A stretch of DNA of 64,000 nucleotides from Sedimentisphaerales bacterium. Lineage in GTDB: Bacteria; Planctomycetota; Phycisphaerae; Sedimentisphaerales; Anaerobacaceae. The first letter of the stretch is position 1. Each line of letters starts with the position of its first letter. This document shows positions 53,249 through 64,000 of the stretch, one piece after another. A program made the position numbers and the translations under genes. Location: positions 7,200,001-7,264,000 of the forward strand of contig OY970194.1 of assembly GCA_963708075.1 (NCBI GenBank), in the 5' to 3' direction. The notes beneath the pieces were generated by a model, which saw nothing but the letters and a program-made list of their open reading frames with translations, had not been told where the DNA came from and ran no database searches.

Positions 53249-56200
53249 TCACTTCTTAATCACACGGATGTCGTCGAAGATCAGCGTGCCGTGGCCATCC
53301 GGCTTGGGAGCGGTCCGATCGCCGACGCCGATGTACATCTTCTTGACAGCGCCCGTATTGACACCGGTGAACGCGCTGAGCGGAATTTCCCAGGCGGTCC
53401 AGACAGTGCTGAGCACGGCTTGCGGATCCGGATGTTTCACGATAGCCAGCTTCTTGGAGCTATCCTCGACAGCGACATAGAGCTGATCGAGGTCGTTGCC
53501 CGGATGGGTGATGCCGACGTCGGCCAGTGTCCATGCCCCGGTGACGTTGCCGGTTGTCGTGACATCCGAGAACACACCGATCGTGACGATCGTCGCACTG
53601 GTGTTGTGGCTGGTGACGCACAGACCAATGTCGACGGTGCTGCTCATGATCACATCGTGCGGGTTAAGCGTCGCATCGGTTCCCACGATAGTCCAGGTTT
53701 TGCCATCGGCCGACATCTCTCCCTTGAACGTGTTGCCCGTGCGGGTCAGACGGACCCAGTACGGAGCCACGAGGGCCCCGGTGCCGGTGTTGGCGCTGAC
53801 GTCGTCGCTGAGAGTGCGATGCTGGAAGGATACGCCGCTGGCCGCGGAGACCACAGTGGCCGCATTGGTCGCACCCGGTGCCAGCGTGTCACGAATCATC
53901 ACGCCCGCCTTAGCCCAGACGTCCGTCTGGACAATGCTATTGATCTTGGCGGTGATGGAGCCGTCGCCGGTGAGGGTTTTGAAAGCGAAGCGGAACTGGT
54001 CGGCGTTGTTCCAGATATCGTTGCCGGCGGCACTCATGGTGATCGTGGTGCCGTCATTGAGGAACCTGACCGGATAGCCCCGGAAGTAGAGCACCAGGGT
54101 GTTGACGCCGTTGACCTTCCAGTTCTGAGGCGAAGCCCAGGTCCGGTCGGTCTCCGGAGTAGTACGGCTGGACGATGTTGTTGAAATCGAACGGCACCGA
54201 CTGTCCGCTGCCGCCCGGATTGACGGTCGATGTTTCCATGATCGTCCCGTACGGCGTGCCGGTCGTCCAGATGTCGTGTCCGACCGTTGCGCCGCTTGCA
54301 TTGCCCGGATTGTCGGTGGAGAAGAAGTCGTCCGCCGAGAAGCCCCAGCCATCGATCCAGGTCTGGAACACGCGGCTCGGTGATTCATCGGTGTAGCTCT
54401 CGAAGTTGTCGACCACGAGGAAGTCGGCGGTCGTGAACTTCCAGACTGAGCCCTTCCACGGGCTGTCCGCACTGGCGGTATTGACTTCGTCCACTCTCCA
54501 GTAATAGGTTTTGTTCCACTCAAGAGCGCCGGGGGCAAAGGTGTTCTTGTCCAGCGCCTGGCTGCCCTGGTAGATGGCGGCGTCCGCGGTAGTGGCGGCT
54601 TCCACGGCCGCAGCGTCCTCACCGAAGTACACCTCATGAGTGACGGCGTTCTCGCCGCTGGACCACATCAGCGTTATGTCCTGCGGGACATTGGCGTCGC
54701 CGTTTCCTGGATTGGTCGGCTTGGCACGAACCGGAGGCTGCAGCGGACCGGCCGGGATGATCTGGCGAGCGATATTCGGGGTCTGCCAGGAGAACTGGGC
54801 CACGGCGCCAGCGCCGTTCTCGTAATACTCTACGACCAGTGCGTAGATGCCCGGTTCGAGATGTTGCGGGGCACTGAATGAGTCAGTCGTGCCTTGATCG
54901 ACCCAACGGTTGACGATTTGCACGTCATCGAGCCAGGCCCGAATGCCGTCATCGCTGGTGCCGATGAAGGTATAATCGTCGGCAATCGCGATCTCCAGGT
55001 CCGCCGTCCAGCGGGCCGAGAATTGATCCGTCACGCCGGCGGCCGGACCACTTCCATCAGGCCAATTGTGGTTGATTTCTGTCTCAATCTGGGTCAGGAA
55101 TGGAGCGCCCGAGGCAGCCATGTTGCGGAAGTACTCCGCCTTGACACCGCCGCCGGGGGTGTTGATGGTGAAGCTCCAGACTTCGCCTTCGTGCTTGACG
55201 TCGCTCGTGTCATACTCGTCCACGAGCCAGTAATAGACGGTGCCCGCCACCAGAGTAGGCAGGTCGAGCTGCGGGACCGGCAACTTGTCGCCCTTCTTGA
55301 CACTGGCGTCGCGACCGGCCACGGCGTTCTTGTCGGTGCTGAAGTATACGTCATGGGACGCAGCATTGGTTCCGGGCTGCCAGACCAAATCGCCATCCGG
55401 ATCGATCCACTTGTCGCCGTTGCGCGGTGTGGGGCCGAAGGCGGATAGCGGAGCAGCCACGAAACTCCAGACCTCGCCCTGGTGGATCGTGCCGCTGGAC
55501 TCGATTTCATCGACCCTCCAATAGTAGGTCGTGCCCGGGGTCAGCGGAACCATATGGAAGAACGTGGTCGATGTCTGACGGATGATCTTCGGCGGGTTCG
55601 GATCGGTTCCGAAATACACGTCGTGCGCTCCGGCTGTGACGCCCTTTGTCCACGACAGTATGGTTATCCCCGGCATCAGCACGCCCGTCGCGTTATTAGC
55701 CGGATTCGGTTCCCGGGCGTTGAACATCGGCTCCGGGTCCCGGATCCACGGGAACAGATACTTGCCGGCGATGAAGGTGGGGCTGGTGCCGATGCCCGGG
55801 CCGGCCCAGGCGACGCTCATGTGACCGCCGCCGGTGCCATCCGAGAACATGGCCTCGGTGTAATACCGCTTGCCCGCTTCCAGCTTGATGGGCGTCTTGG
55901 ACTTCTGATTGGCGCCGGGAACGCCCGTCGTGCCGGCGTAGTTCTGGTAGTCGGTCCAGCCTTCGACGCTGCAGATCAGCGTGATATTGCCCGGCTTGTC
56001 ATCGGTGCTCAGCCAGAACTCGCTGTAATCGTCGCTGGCGATCCAGAACGTGTAATCGCCTGTCTGGAGCGGCTGGATATATCCACGATAGCGCTCGCCC
56101 CAGTAATCGTTGGCCGAGAGGTCCGGCTGATCATAGTTGTCGTCCCAGAAACTCATCACTGGGTTGTCAGGATAGTTGGCGTTGTTCTTGAGAGTTGTGA

Positions 56201-56330
56201 GGTTGTCGCTTACTCCGCCGCCTACCCATCTTTCCACGAGAATGAAGCCCTTGCCCGGCTGGGCGATGGCGGGAGCCACCAGTCCCAGAATGACAAGAGC
56301 AATCACGAGAGAATGCAGTTTTTTACTCAT
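53249..56330 (-). CDS. Large secreted protein: 2x PA14, FN3-like repeats, and a C-terminal domain with an inserted lectin-like module; apparent frameshift at ~54155
   Basis: Signal peptide; FWIASDD and GTSDDGIR; YYW.VDE x3; VVDNFESY; continues in the other frame ETDRTW...WAKAGVMIR...FDDIRVIKK. Confidence 0.85.
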
Positions 56331-56694
56331 AATGTCCCTCCTTCAAAAGGGAACCATGCTACGCGTCCCGGCGCACGCCGGGAACCGAACGTTTCCCCAT
56401 TATCGACACGAAGACAAGGTGACTTGATCCTCCGTGCGGGGCAGTCTCCTATGGAGACGACGAAAGGTACTTCCATTGCTCAAAACATGGATGCGCAATT
56501 CGTCCCAGAGAGAGCACACCTCCTTTCTGTATCCACTCCTCTTGATATGCCAAGTCGAGATGTATGAAATACGTCTGTGGCGTCGAACGCCATTGCAGAG
56601 TCTCCTTCCTCCACATCACGTACTCCATCGTACGGATCGGATGACTGTACTTTGGGTCTTCGCAGGCCACACCCACGGTCCGGTTTCAACTTAA

Positions 56695-56723
56695 TTTATA
56701 TCACGGACGCATCTTCAGGTCAA
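56695..56723 (-). promoter_or_regulatory. Putative sigma70 promoter of the 56330 gene
   Basis: TTGACC-17 nt (ending TGa)-TATAAA on the minus strand. Confidence 0.55.
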
Positions 56724-56963
56724 CCCTCATTGCGTTTTTTCTACATTGTCTGCTTCGCCAGGGGGGGCCTATCCCCACCCCCTGGCACCACCGGCAATGT
56801 GCTTCTTGGCGTCCCCCTGATCTTCGCCGATGGCGTCTCGGGCTTGCACCCCATATATTGTGCCACAATACTTGCCGGATGTGACGGTCCATGTGACAAT
56901 ATGGCCTGGGAACACGTTTGTTTGTGAGAAACGCCCATCGGAACCTGTCAAAGGAGGTAAGTC

Positions 56964-57914
56964 ATGAGGTCCAGAGCGCGTCTGTTGAAGGTATGTATCC
57001 GGCTGGTTGCCCTTGCCGGGGTCCTGTTGCTTGTGTCCACGTTTTTCGCCGGCGGGCGGGTGGGAGCGGCCCCGGGCGATGACGGCAAGCTCCGTATCAT
57101 CGTTTTCGGGGCCCATCCGGACGACTGCGAGCTCAAGGCGGGGGGCACGGCGGCGCTCTGGGCGGCCCAGGGCCACCACGTGAAATTCGTCTCTGTGACC
57201 AATGGCGACATCGGTCATGCCACGATGGCGGGGGGGCCGCTGGCCAAACGCCGGACCGCGGAGGTCAAGAAGGCCGCCGAGGTTCTCGGCATCGAGAGCG
57301 AAGTGCTCGATATCCACGACGGCGAGCTGATGCCCACGCTGGAGAACCGCAAGTGGTTCGTCCGCCTGATCCGCCAGTGGAAGGCGGACATCGTCATGGG
57401 CCACCGACCGAACGACTACCATCCCGACCACCGCTACACGGGCGTCCTGATGCAGGATGCAGCGTACATGGTGACCGTGGCACACTATTGCCCGGACGTC
57501 CCGCAACTGTCCCGCAATCCAGTGTTCCTGTACCTCTCCGACGGCTTCCAGAAGCCCAACCCGTTCTCGCCGGACATCGTCGTACCCATCGACACTGTCT
57601 TTGAGAAGAAGACCGAGGCCATCTGGCAACTGGAGTCGCAGATCGAGTCGCTCTGGGCGACGGGCAATTTCGAGAAGGTGGTGCCAATCCCGGATGACCC
57701 GGCTGGGCGCGAGCAGCGGCGCAAACGGCAATGGGATCGTCAGGCCGGCCGCGACGGCGGTGTCGCCAAAACCTATCGCCAGAAGCTCGTGGAACTCAAC
57801 GGACAGGACAAGGCGGAACAGGTCAAGTACGCCGAGGCGTTCGAACTCTGTGAGTACGGCCGCCGGCCCTCCATCGACGAGTTGAAGAAGCTCTTCCCCA
57901 CGCCGAAGGATTGA
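56964..57914 (+). CDS. Secreted PIG-L/LmbE-family deacetylase
   Basis: AAGGAGGT RBS; signal peptide; AHPDD, TNGDIG, HPDHR, YAEAFE. Confidence 0.9.
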   Translation: MRSRARLLKVCIRLVALAGVLLLVSTFFAGGRVGAAPGDDGKLRIIVFGAHPDDCELKAGGTAALWAAQGHHVKFVSVTNGDIGHATMAGGPLAKRRTAEVKKAAEVLGIESEVLDIHDGELMPTLENRKWFVRLIRQWKADIVMGHRPNDYHPDHRYTGVLMQDAAYMVTVAHYCPDVPQLSRNPVFLYLSDGFQKPNPFSPDIVVPIDTVFEKKTEAIWQLESQIESLWATGNFEKVVPIPDDPAGREQRRKRQWDRQAGRDGGVAKTYRQKLVELNGQDKAEQVKYAEAFELCEYGRRPSIDELKKLFPTPKD

Positions 57915-58062
57915 CATGATTCTTTGATCCTCAGGTATTCAAAGCACAGGCCCCTGGACTTCGGGTGGCAACGGCAACCGCGCTCGTGGTGGCGCCGCAA
58001 GGCGTTGATTCGCATGTCCTTACGGGCACACTACGAACCTGGTCTTCGGCCTTGGCGCTGTA

Positions 58063-59313
58063 TCAGGCGTTCTGAGGGACGGGTTTGAGGCCTACGACCT
58101 GGGTGCGGGCGTTGGCGATGAGGTTAAGCATTTGGTCGGCCTGCTTGCGAATCGCGGGGTCGGAGCTGATCACGCGGGAGCTCCACTTGGCGTACTCGCG
58201 GTTCAACTGGTGGCGGGCCTGCTCCTGGCTCATTTCCTCCGTAAGGCCGAGGACAATCTCCGAGTCCTGGCTGGCGTGCATGTGCACGGGCAGAATCTTC
58301 TCGACCATCGTGCGAAGGCGCGTCCGGTCGATCACGAGACAGGCCGCCAGTTGCTTCAGGAGCAGCATCTCGGAGCCGGTCACCTGCCCCTTGGCGCCGG
58401 CGACCCTCAGGCACAGGTCCATGATCTCGATCCTGCCAATCATGGGGGCGATCTCCACGATCTCGCGGCAGATTTCATCAAGGTTGAGTCGTCCGCCCCT
58501 GCGGAAGAAGGTGGCCGTCTTCTGCATGGCGCGATCGAGCTCGCTGTGCGCGGTGGGCGAGGCTTGGCCCGCTCCGAAATTCGTGCGCACCCATCCCTCG
58601 ATGAGGAGGACTTCAGACTCGGGCAGCTCGTTGTCCGCCGCCGCAACGCTGAAGGCTAGGCCCACCGCCAGGGTCTTGGCCCGCTGGATATTGTCCTCAA
58701 TATCGAGGTATCCAACTTCCACACTCTCGAAGCACGTAATGCAACGAGCGGACGCGAGCCGTTGCCCCCTCGCCTGCGAGAGGATGGCGACGTCGCTTTG
58801 CAGCCGCCGGCTGCCCTGGCGGGGCAGTACAAACCATTCCGGGGAAAGCTGGGCAACCACCGTCCAGTCGGCCAGGGTGGTCGTCTTGTGGCAGAGCTTG
58901 CCCATTGTGCTTTGATGGGTGAACAGAGAGGATGTTTGCAGCGGCCCGTTTTTAGGACGGTTCAGGACGGGCAATGGCGGGACCGCGGCGTCGGTGACAT
59001 CGCTCAGCGACACCTGCAGCCGTACCTCGTGGTCGTCGTCGGGAGCCTCGATCGTTCCGCAGATCTCGACGATAAGAGTGGACCGCCACGAGTCACCATC
59101 CGCCTGGCGTCCGATCCGCACGCGTGTGTTGAGCACTGTGGGGTCAACCGGCGTATATACGTCGGCGGGGCCGTCTGCCTCGCGGCGCATCCCGGTGGGA
59201 CACCCGATTTGTTCGAGACACTTGCGTAAGCCGCCGCCGGCGGCGAGGGGGGAGTCCCCGTTGCCTCGTAAGGCCGACCACACTCGGCGAATCAGTGAGC
59301 CAACGATATGCAT
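58063..59313 (-). CDS. TerB-domain protein with a degenerate C-terminal J-like domain (DjlA-like architecture)
   Basis: VAAADNEL..SE and VAGAKGQV..SE (TerB); VLGL.....EQAR..L..EY.KWSSR......A...L.LI..AR. Start uncertain. Confidence 0.7.
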   Translation of the reverse strand: MHIVGSLIRRVWSALRGNGDSPLAAGGGLRKCLEQIGCPTGMRREADGPADVYTPVDPTVLNTRVRIGRQADGDSWRSTLIVEICGTIEAPDDDHEVRLQVSLSDVTDAAVPPLPVLNRPKNGPLQTSSLFTHQSTMGKLCHKTTTLADWTVVAQLSPEWFVLPRQGSRRLQSDVAILSQARGQRLASARCITCFESVEVGYLDIEDNIQRAKTLAVGLAFSVAAADNELPESEVLLIEGWVRTNFGAGQASPTAHSELDRAMQKTATFFRRGGRLNLDEICREIVEIAPMIGRIEIMDLCLRVAGAKGQVTGSEMLLLKQLAACLVIDRTRLRTMVEKILPVHMHASQDSEIVLGLTEEMSQEQARHQLNREYAKWSSRVISSDPAIRKQADQMLNLIANARTQVVGLKPVPQNA

Positions 59314-59398
59314 ATATTTATTTACGCCTGCAACTTGCGGCCGTGTCACGGGCTTCCAGCCCACGAGTCAAAGGCGGGATGCCTTCGACCCGAGCGAC

Positions 59399-60945
59399 TT
59401 ATTGGACTTTGAACGGCTGCAATTCCTTCATTTTCTGGTCTGTGCTGCTGCCAGCTACAGCTCCGTCCTGGCCCAGGGAGAAATCGACTTCGAGGATCCG
59501 GCCGGACTCAATGTCCTCGAATCGGCAGTGCATTCTCTGGTTTAAGTCATAGCTGTAAGTCACCTTGATAGGCCGCTCCGGCGGCCGGTCCGGCGGCAGG
59601 TCAAAGCTGTGCGTGGCGATCCTGTTGACGTACGCAGGGTCCGCATCCTCGCCCTGGGTGACCGTCACTTCCACGCGCTTCTGGCCCTGTGTGACGGTGT
59701 AGAAGGTCTGGGAGGCCTCGCAGGGCAGCGGCGTGTTCTTCTTCAGGATGATCTTGTTCTGGATGATGCGCTGGCCGGTCTCCTTGTCGATCGGGGCGCA
59801 GAGCGTGCCGTAGCTGTGGTTGCACACGTCCGTCAGGGTGATGTCCTTAAGGCCGGCGGCAATGCCCTGGGGCACTTCATCGGGCTTCTCCCGCATCATG
59901 ACCAGCCCGGCGTGCAGCGCTGCGCCAGCGCGACGCACTCATCCACGTTCACGCCCACCTCCGGCGGGAAGCCGAAGATCTCCTCAAGGTGGGTGCGCAC
60001 CAGTGGCACACGTGTGCTTCCGCCGACGAGCAGGACCGTATTGATGTCCGAGGGCTTCAAGCCCGCCTCCTCCAGTGCGACCTCCACGAGCATGTCGGCC
60101 CGGGCCACCAGGGGAGTGATCGCCTCCTCGAACATCTCGCGAGTGATCTCGACGCGCAGACTGCCGGCCTGGCCGTAGAGCATCTTCTTGGCCGCAGGCC
60201 GTCGCGACAGTGTCTTCTTGATATCCTCCGCCTCGTCCTCGTACTTGGCCTTTTCCTCCTCTGTGGTGATCAGCTCCGCATTGAACTGGTCCTTGTACAG
60301 CTTCTGGAGGATTTCGAGAACCTTGCGGTCGAAGTCGATGCCGCCGAGGGCGTGGTCGCCCTGGGAGCAGATGATGTCCATCTGGAGCCCGTTGACGTCC
60401 ATGATGGTGACGTCGAAGGTACCTCCGCCGAGGTCATAGGCGAGGACCTTGCCGGAGACCTCACGCGTCGTGGCGTAGCATAGGGCGGCGGCCACCGGCT
60501 CGTTGACGATGCCGATGACGTTAAACCCCACAGCCGACCCGGCGTCCATGACGGCCTTACGGCGAACCTCGTCGAAGTGGGCGGGCACGGAGATCACGGC
60601 GTCGCGAATCTCCCCGCACTGGGCGGAACAGTCCTGCCGGACCTTCTTGAGAATCAGCGCCGACAGCTCTGTCGGGGTCCAGTCCCTGCCGTCAATTTTC
60701 ACCGTGTAATCGGTGCCAATGTGCCGCTTGATCCAGCGGACGGCACGCGAGGGATTCAGATAGCGCGAATTAAGCGCCTCGATCCCGATGCGGATCATCT
60801 CCGGATTCTCTTCATCGAAGAAGATGGCGGACGGGGTAAGTCGGTCTCCGTCTGCGTTCGGAACGATTTCGGGCTTGCCAATAGAGTTGAGCATCGCCAG
60901 AGAAGAGAAGGTGGTTCCCAGATCTATGCCGACGATGTTGGCCAT
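59399..60945 (-). CDS. Specialised Hsp70-family protein lacking the helical lid; apparent frameshift at ~59925
   Basis: GIDLGTT, ISVPAHF, NEPVAAA, YDLGGGTFD, LGGIDFD, VGGSTRVP; SBD KNTPLP, TQGE; ~515 aa when joined. Confidence 0.9.
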
Positions 60946-61008
60946 AAAACTCTCCTAGGTTGTGCCTTTCGGCGTGCTTCGTGTCACGAGCAGTGCTCCT
61001 GACATCAC

Positions 61009-62525
61009 TCAGCCGAACAGCTTTACTTGCGCCGTTCGGACAATTTTGAAGTTCTCATCATCAATCATATATCGATAGCCGGGACGCAGGACTTTTGCGA
61101 TCCTGCCCGCGTTCTCCGGCTTACTGGACGGTTGTTTTTCCTTGACGGCCTCGGCGAGCTTCTCCTGGCCCCGATAATCACTGTTGACCTGGGGATCAAA
61201 CCGCTCCACGCCGCTGGATTCCAGGGCAAAGATCAGCTCGTCGCGAATTTCTTCGAGATGGCCGGTGGCCTCGTCGTCCTGGCCAAGGTCTTCAATACGT
61301 TTCTCGACATTGTCGAGGCATCGGATCACCCGCAGACAGAAGGTCCGGATGATGCCCCAGTCGTAGCCGTCCTGGAGCTTCTCGACGCGGCCCTGCTGCG
61401 AGGCGGCATAATCGCGGATCGCCGAGAACCTGCTGTGCCAGCTCTTTGAGCGTGCTGCTGAGCGGCTCGGACTGTTCCCGCGTGGCTTGCTGGACGACAG
61501 TCTGAGCCACCTCTTTGAATTCGGCCAGTTGTTTTTGCAGGTCTTCCGCCTGCTCTTTCAGACCATGCGGCGAATCCGGCATGCGTTCCTCTCGTTCCAG
61601 CGTGCAGACTGCCGGCTGGCGGCTGAACTGCGGGGCTGCGACAGTATCTTCGTAAGCGCCGTCTCGTACCGAGTTGACCGACCACTGCATGTCCGGGGAC
61701 CATTCCTGGCTCGATGGCTCATCGGACATCAGGATGGCCGTAGGGTTCTCGTCCGGGGCCTTGCGCACCATCAGGGTAGGGCGTCTGGTTGTGGTATAGG
61801 TGCCCAGTGTGCGGGGCAGGAATCCTTCGTCATGCAACTTTTGAGGGCCGGGTTCCGGCGTGTTATTGGACGGTGGGACTAACGCCAGGCCGCGAGGTTT
61901 GCTCGTCGGTTCGGCCGGTGCGGCACTGGAAGTCTCGGCGGGCGACTTCGGCCGGAATCTCTGTCAATTCCGGGGCTTCTGGCGGAGTTGGCGCTGGTTC
62001 CTCCGGCCGCGACCGCCGGGCACGGATTGCACGCACCAGCCGCATGAGAGTGTACGCAAGCCAGATCACGCAGCACCCGCCCACGATCGTCCCTCCGATG
62101 GAAATGCAGACGATGGACGTGGTGTGCGCGATTTCCTTCTGCTCCTGGAGTTTCTGGTATTTTCGGACCTCCTCTTCCCAACCTGCGCCATAGATGAAGT
62201 CGGCGATTTCCCCCGAGCTGACCTGGCCGGCGGCGAGTTTCTCGATGTCCACCGTGCGTCTGGCCTGTTGCTCCTGAGTGAACTGCTGGCTGGTCTTGCC
62301 CTGACGTTCCTTGTCCATTTCGAGCACGAGCCGGGTCTGTTCCTCGGGACTCAGCAGGTGCCAGCGGCCGTACTTGTTCAGGTACTCCTCGGGCTTGATC
62401 GAGTACTTCGTCCTCAGATCTCGTGCCCGGGCCTCTTCGCTCCGTGTCTCTTTGATGAGCCATCCGAGCGCAAGGCCTCCGACGAGTAGGACAGCCAAGC
62501 CAAGTATTGCACACTTCTTCAGCAT
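61009..62525 (-). CDS. Two-TM protein with a C-terminal GrpE-like domain; apparent frameshifts at ~61940 and ~61427
   Basis: Removing two extra bases joins the ORF-track segments into TM-loop-TM-Pro/Ser linker-coiled coil-...LESSGVERFDP...IAKVLRPGY...VRTAQVKL. Confidence 0.7.
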
Positions 62526-62912
62526 GATCAGCAGCAATCTGTAAACATTAATTGACCTGATTCTTCATTAACATTCGGCTCGGGCATCGTGCCGGTTGAG
62601 AAAAAGCTCGGCGCGGCGCATGCCGCCGGGTGCCGTACCCCGCGTTCGCGCGGCCCTATTTGCCGTCAAGGCCGGACCATGCCTGCGCAAGCGCAACTCC
62701 AGCGCCTTGGCTATGGCATGGGAACACCCGCGCCAACCGCCTATCAAAATATAGAAAATGGCCGCACGGGACCAAACGTCCGCATCTGAGAGGTTATATA
62801 GCCTGTGCAAGCGGTGGGATAGGTAACACGGAGACAGGAAGCCCGGCGAGTTTTTCTCAGCGCAACCCGGGGCAAGAGGTCAGATTGTCCGATAAAGCGT
62901 CACGGACACGTT

Positions 62913-63443
62913 TCATGATTTGAAGACTTCGCCGGCCAGGTCTTCGCCGGCTTGAGCGGCATAGTACTGCTTCATGACTGCCTGGCCGCGAGTGCGCGCC
63001 TTGTCAAAGGAGGAGAAGATTCCGGCCTTGGTGAGGAACAGGATGGCCACGCATGCCGCCACATTGGTCACAGCGCAGCGGTACCTGATGCATCTTTCCA
63101 TAAGGCAGGGCTCCGGCTTGGCCTCTTCAAGCCGGCGTGCCTGGGCGGCCTCACGCAACTGGTGATTGAGCATTCGCATGGCGGCGGAGTTCGCACGCAT
63201 CAGCAGGTCGAGCCGGTGAGGCTGTGATTTGACTGCGGATAGCGCCAAGTCCACCTTGGCGATCGCCGCCAGACGCCTCTGACAACGGGGACAACTGGCC
63301 ACGTGTCTCTGGACCCACACGGCCTCGGGGCTGAATCGGCGGCGCGCCGAATCTGCCAGGCGCTGCCGGATCCTCTTGCACGGGCCCGGGGCCGCCTTGC
63401 TTCCACGCGAATCGCTATTCTCCCTGTGTATCAGGAGTCTCAT
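62913..63443 (-). CDS. Putative zinc-binding anti-sigma factor
   Basis: C..IRQRL...HVASCPRC, one TM helix; ATGA overlap with the sigma stop. Confidence 0.72.
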   Translation of the reverse strand: MRLLIHRENSDSRGSKAAPGPCKRIRQRLADSARRRFSPEAVWVQRHVASCPRCQRRLAAIAKVDLALSAVKSQPHRLDLLMRANSAAMRMLNHQLREAAQARRLEEAKPEPCLMERCIRYRCAVTNVAACVAILFLTKAGIFSSFDKARTRGQAVMKQYYAAQAGEDLAGEVFKS

Positions 63444-64000
63444 TGGTTGTCCTCTGTATTCATCCACATGGCCAACAGTTGCACGGCCTTGCAGCGGTAG
63501 ACCCTGGCGGTCCCGGCCGAAACACCCAGGATGCGGGCGACTTCCGGATACGACAGTTCCCCGAAATCGCGAAGCATGATCACGTTTCGCAGGTGCTCGG
63601 GCAACTCGGCTACATGCTGCCGAAGGCTCTCGGCCAAATGCCGGGTATCGAAATCTCTCTCGCTGACCTGCGGCTCCTCAGCCGCCTGGGTCATGTTTGA
63701 CAACGTCTTCTTCTCGACCAGCCTTTCCCGCAGCATCGTGATAGCGGTGTTGCTGGCCGTGCGGAACAGGTAGGCCTTGATCCAGCGGGGTTTGCGGCTG
63801 TCGTCCAGGTGGGCCAGACGCAGGAAGATGGTCTGGTAGGCGTCGCACACGTCCTGCTCGTTGCCCAGGATTCGCCAGAGCATCGTCACCAGCTCATGGC
63901 CGTGCTTCTGCATAGCCGTGACAATCCAGCGCTGGCTCGCGTCCACAGCCTGGCATGCCGCAGAATCCCAGATCAGGTCGTAACTGACGGCCTTACCGAA
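63440..64000 (-). CDS. ECF sigma-70 factor (frame open to the window edge)
   Basis: DVCDAYQTIFL, YLFRTASN, LPEHLRNVIMLR..ELSYPEVARILG.S.GT. Confidence 0.9.
   Translation of the reverse strand, partial: FGKAVSYDLIWDSAACQAVDASQRWIVTAMQKHGHELVTMLWRILGNEQDVCDAYQTIFLRLAHLDDSRKPRWIKAYLFRTASNTAITMLRERLVEKKTLSNMTQAAEEPQVSERDFDTRHLAESLRQHVAELPEHLRNVIMLRDFGELSYPEVARILGVSAGTARVYRCKAVQLLAMWMNTEDNQ

Noticed and set aside
56757..56786. GC hairpin GCCAGGGGG/CCCCCTGGC between divergent genes
   Set aside because: No U-tract, no gene ends nearby and no second copy was seen, so no function can be supported.
59399..60945. Housekeeping dnaK
   Set aside because: Too short, lacks the lid and has a divergent linker, so no gene symbol was given.

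Overview
GC-rich bacterial DNA. The secreted PA14/'TYYWRVDE' multidomain proteins resemble those I recall from Sedimentisphaerales (Phycisphaerae, Planctomycetota); this host call is an inference. Bases 1-39.5 kb form a single co-oriented (+) block that encodes an almost complete respiratory chain. It contains alternative complex III (ActB, an ActC-ActD fusion, ActF, pentahaem ActA-like, ActE-like), a cbb3/C-family oxidase (CcoN, CcoO-cytochrome c fusion), DegP, and a full nuoA-N complex I with fused NuoCD. It continues with tkt/HAD/EmrAB and a porin + dihaem lipoprotein cytochrome + Rieske + cytochrome b/subunit IV/2x cytochrome c module, followed by glucose dehydrogenase and peptidases. Bases 39.5-58 kb hold Tat/Sec-exported enzymes, an intact ISAs1-family IS (IRs and TSD), a pentapeptide-repeat secreted protein, REP doublets, and two paralogous PA14 proteins that share a conserved long 5' leader motif. 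Bases 58-64 kb are a (-) strand locus: ECF sigma, anti-sigma, membrane-anchored GrpE-like protein, lidless Hsp70, and a TerB protein with an HPD-less J-like domain. About 25 apparent single-base indels break otherwise conserved genes (densest in nuoE-nuoL) and are most likely long-read consensus errors. No tRNA, rRNA or CRISPR array was seen.
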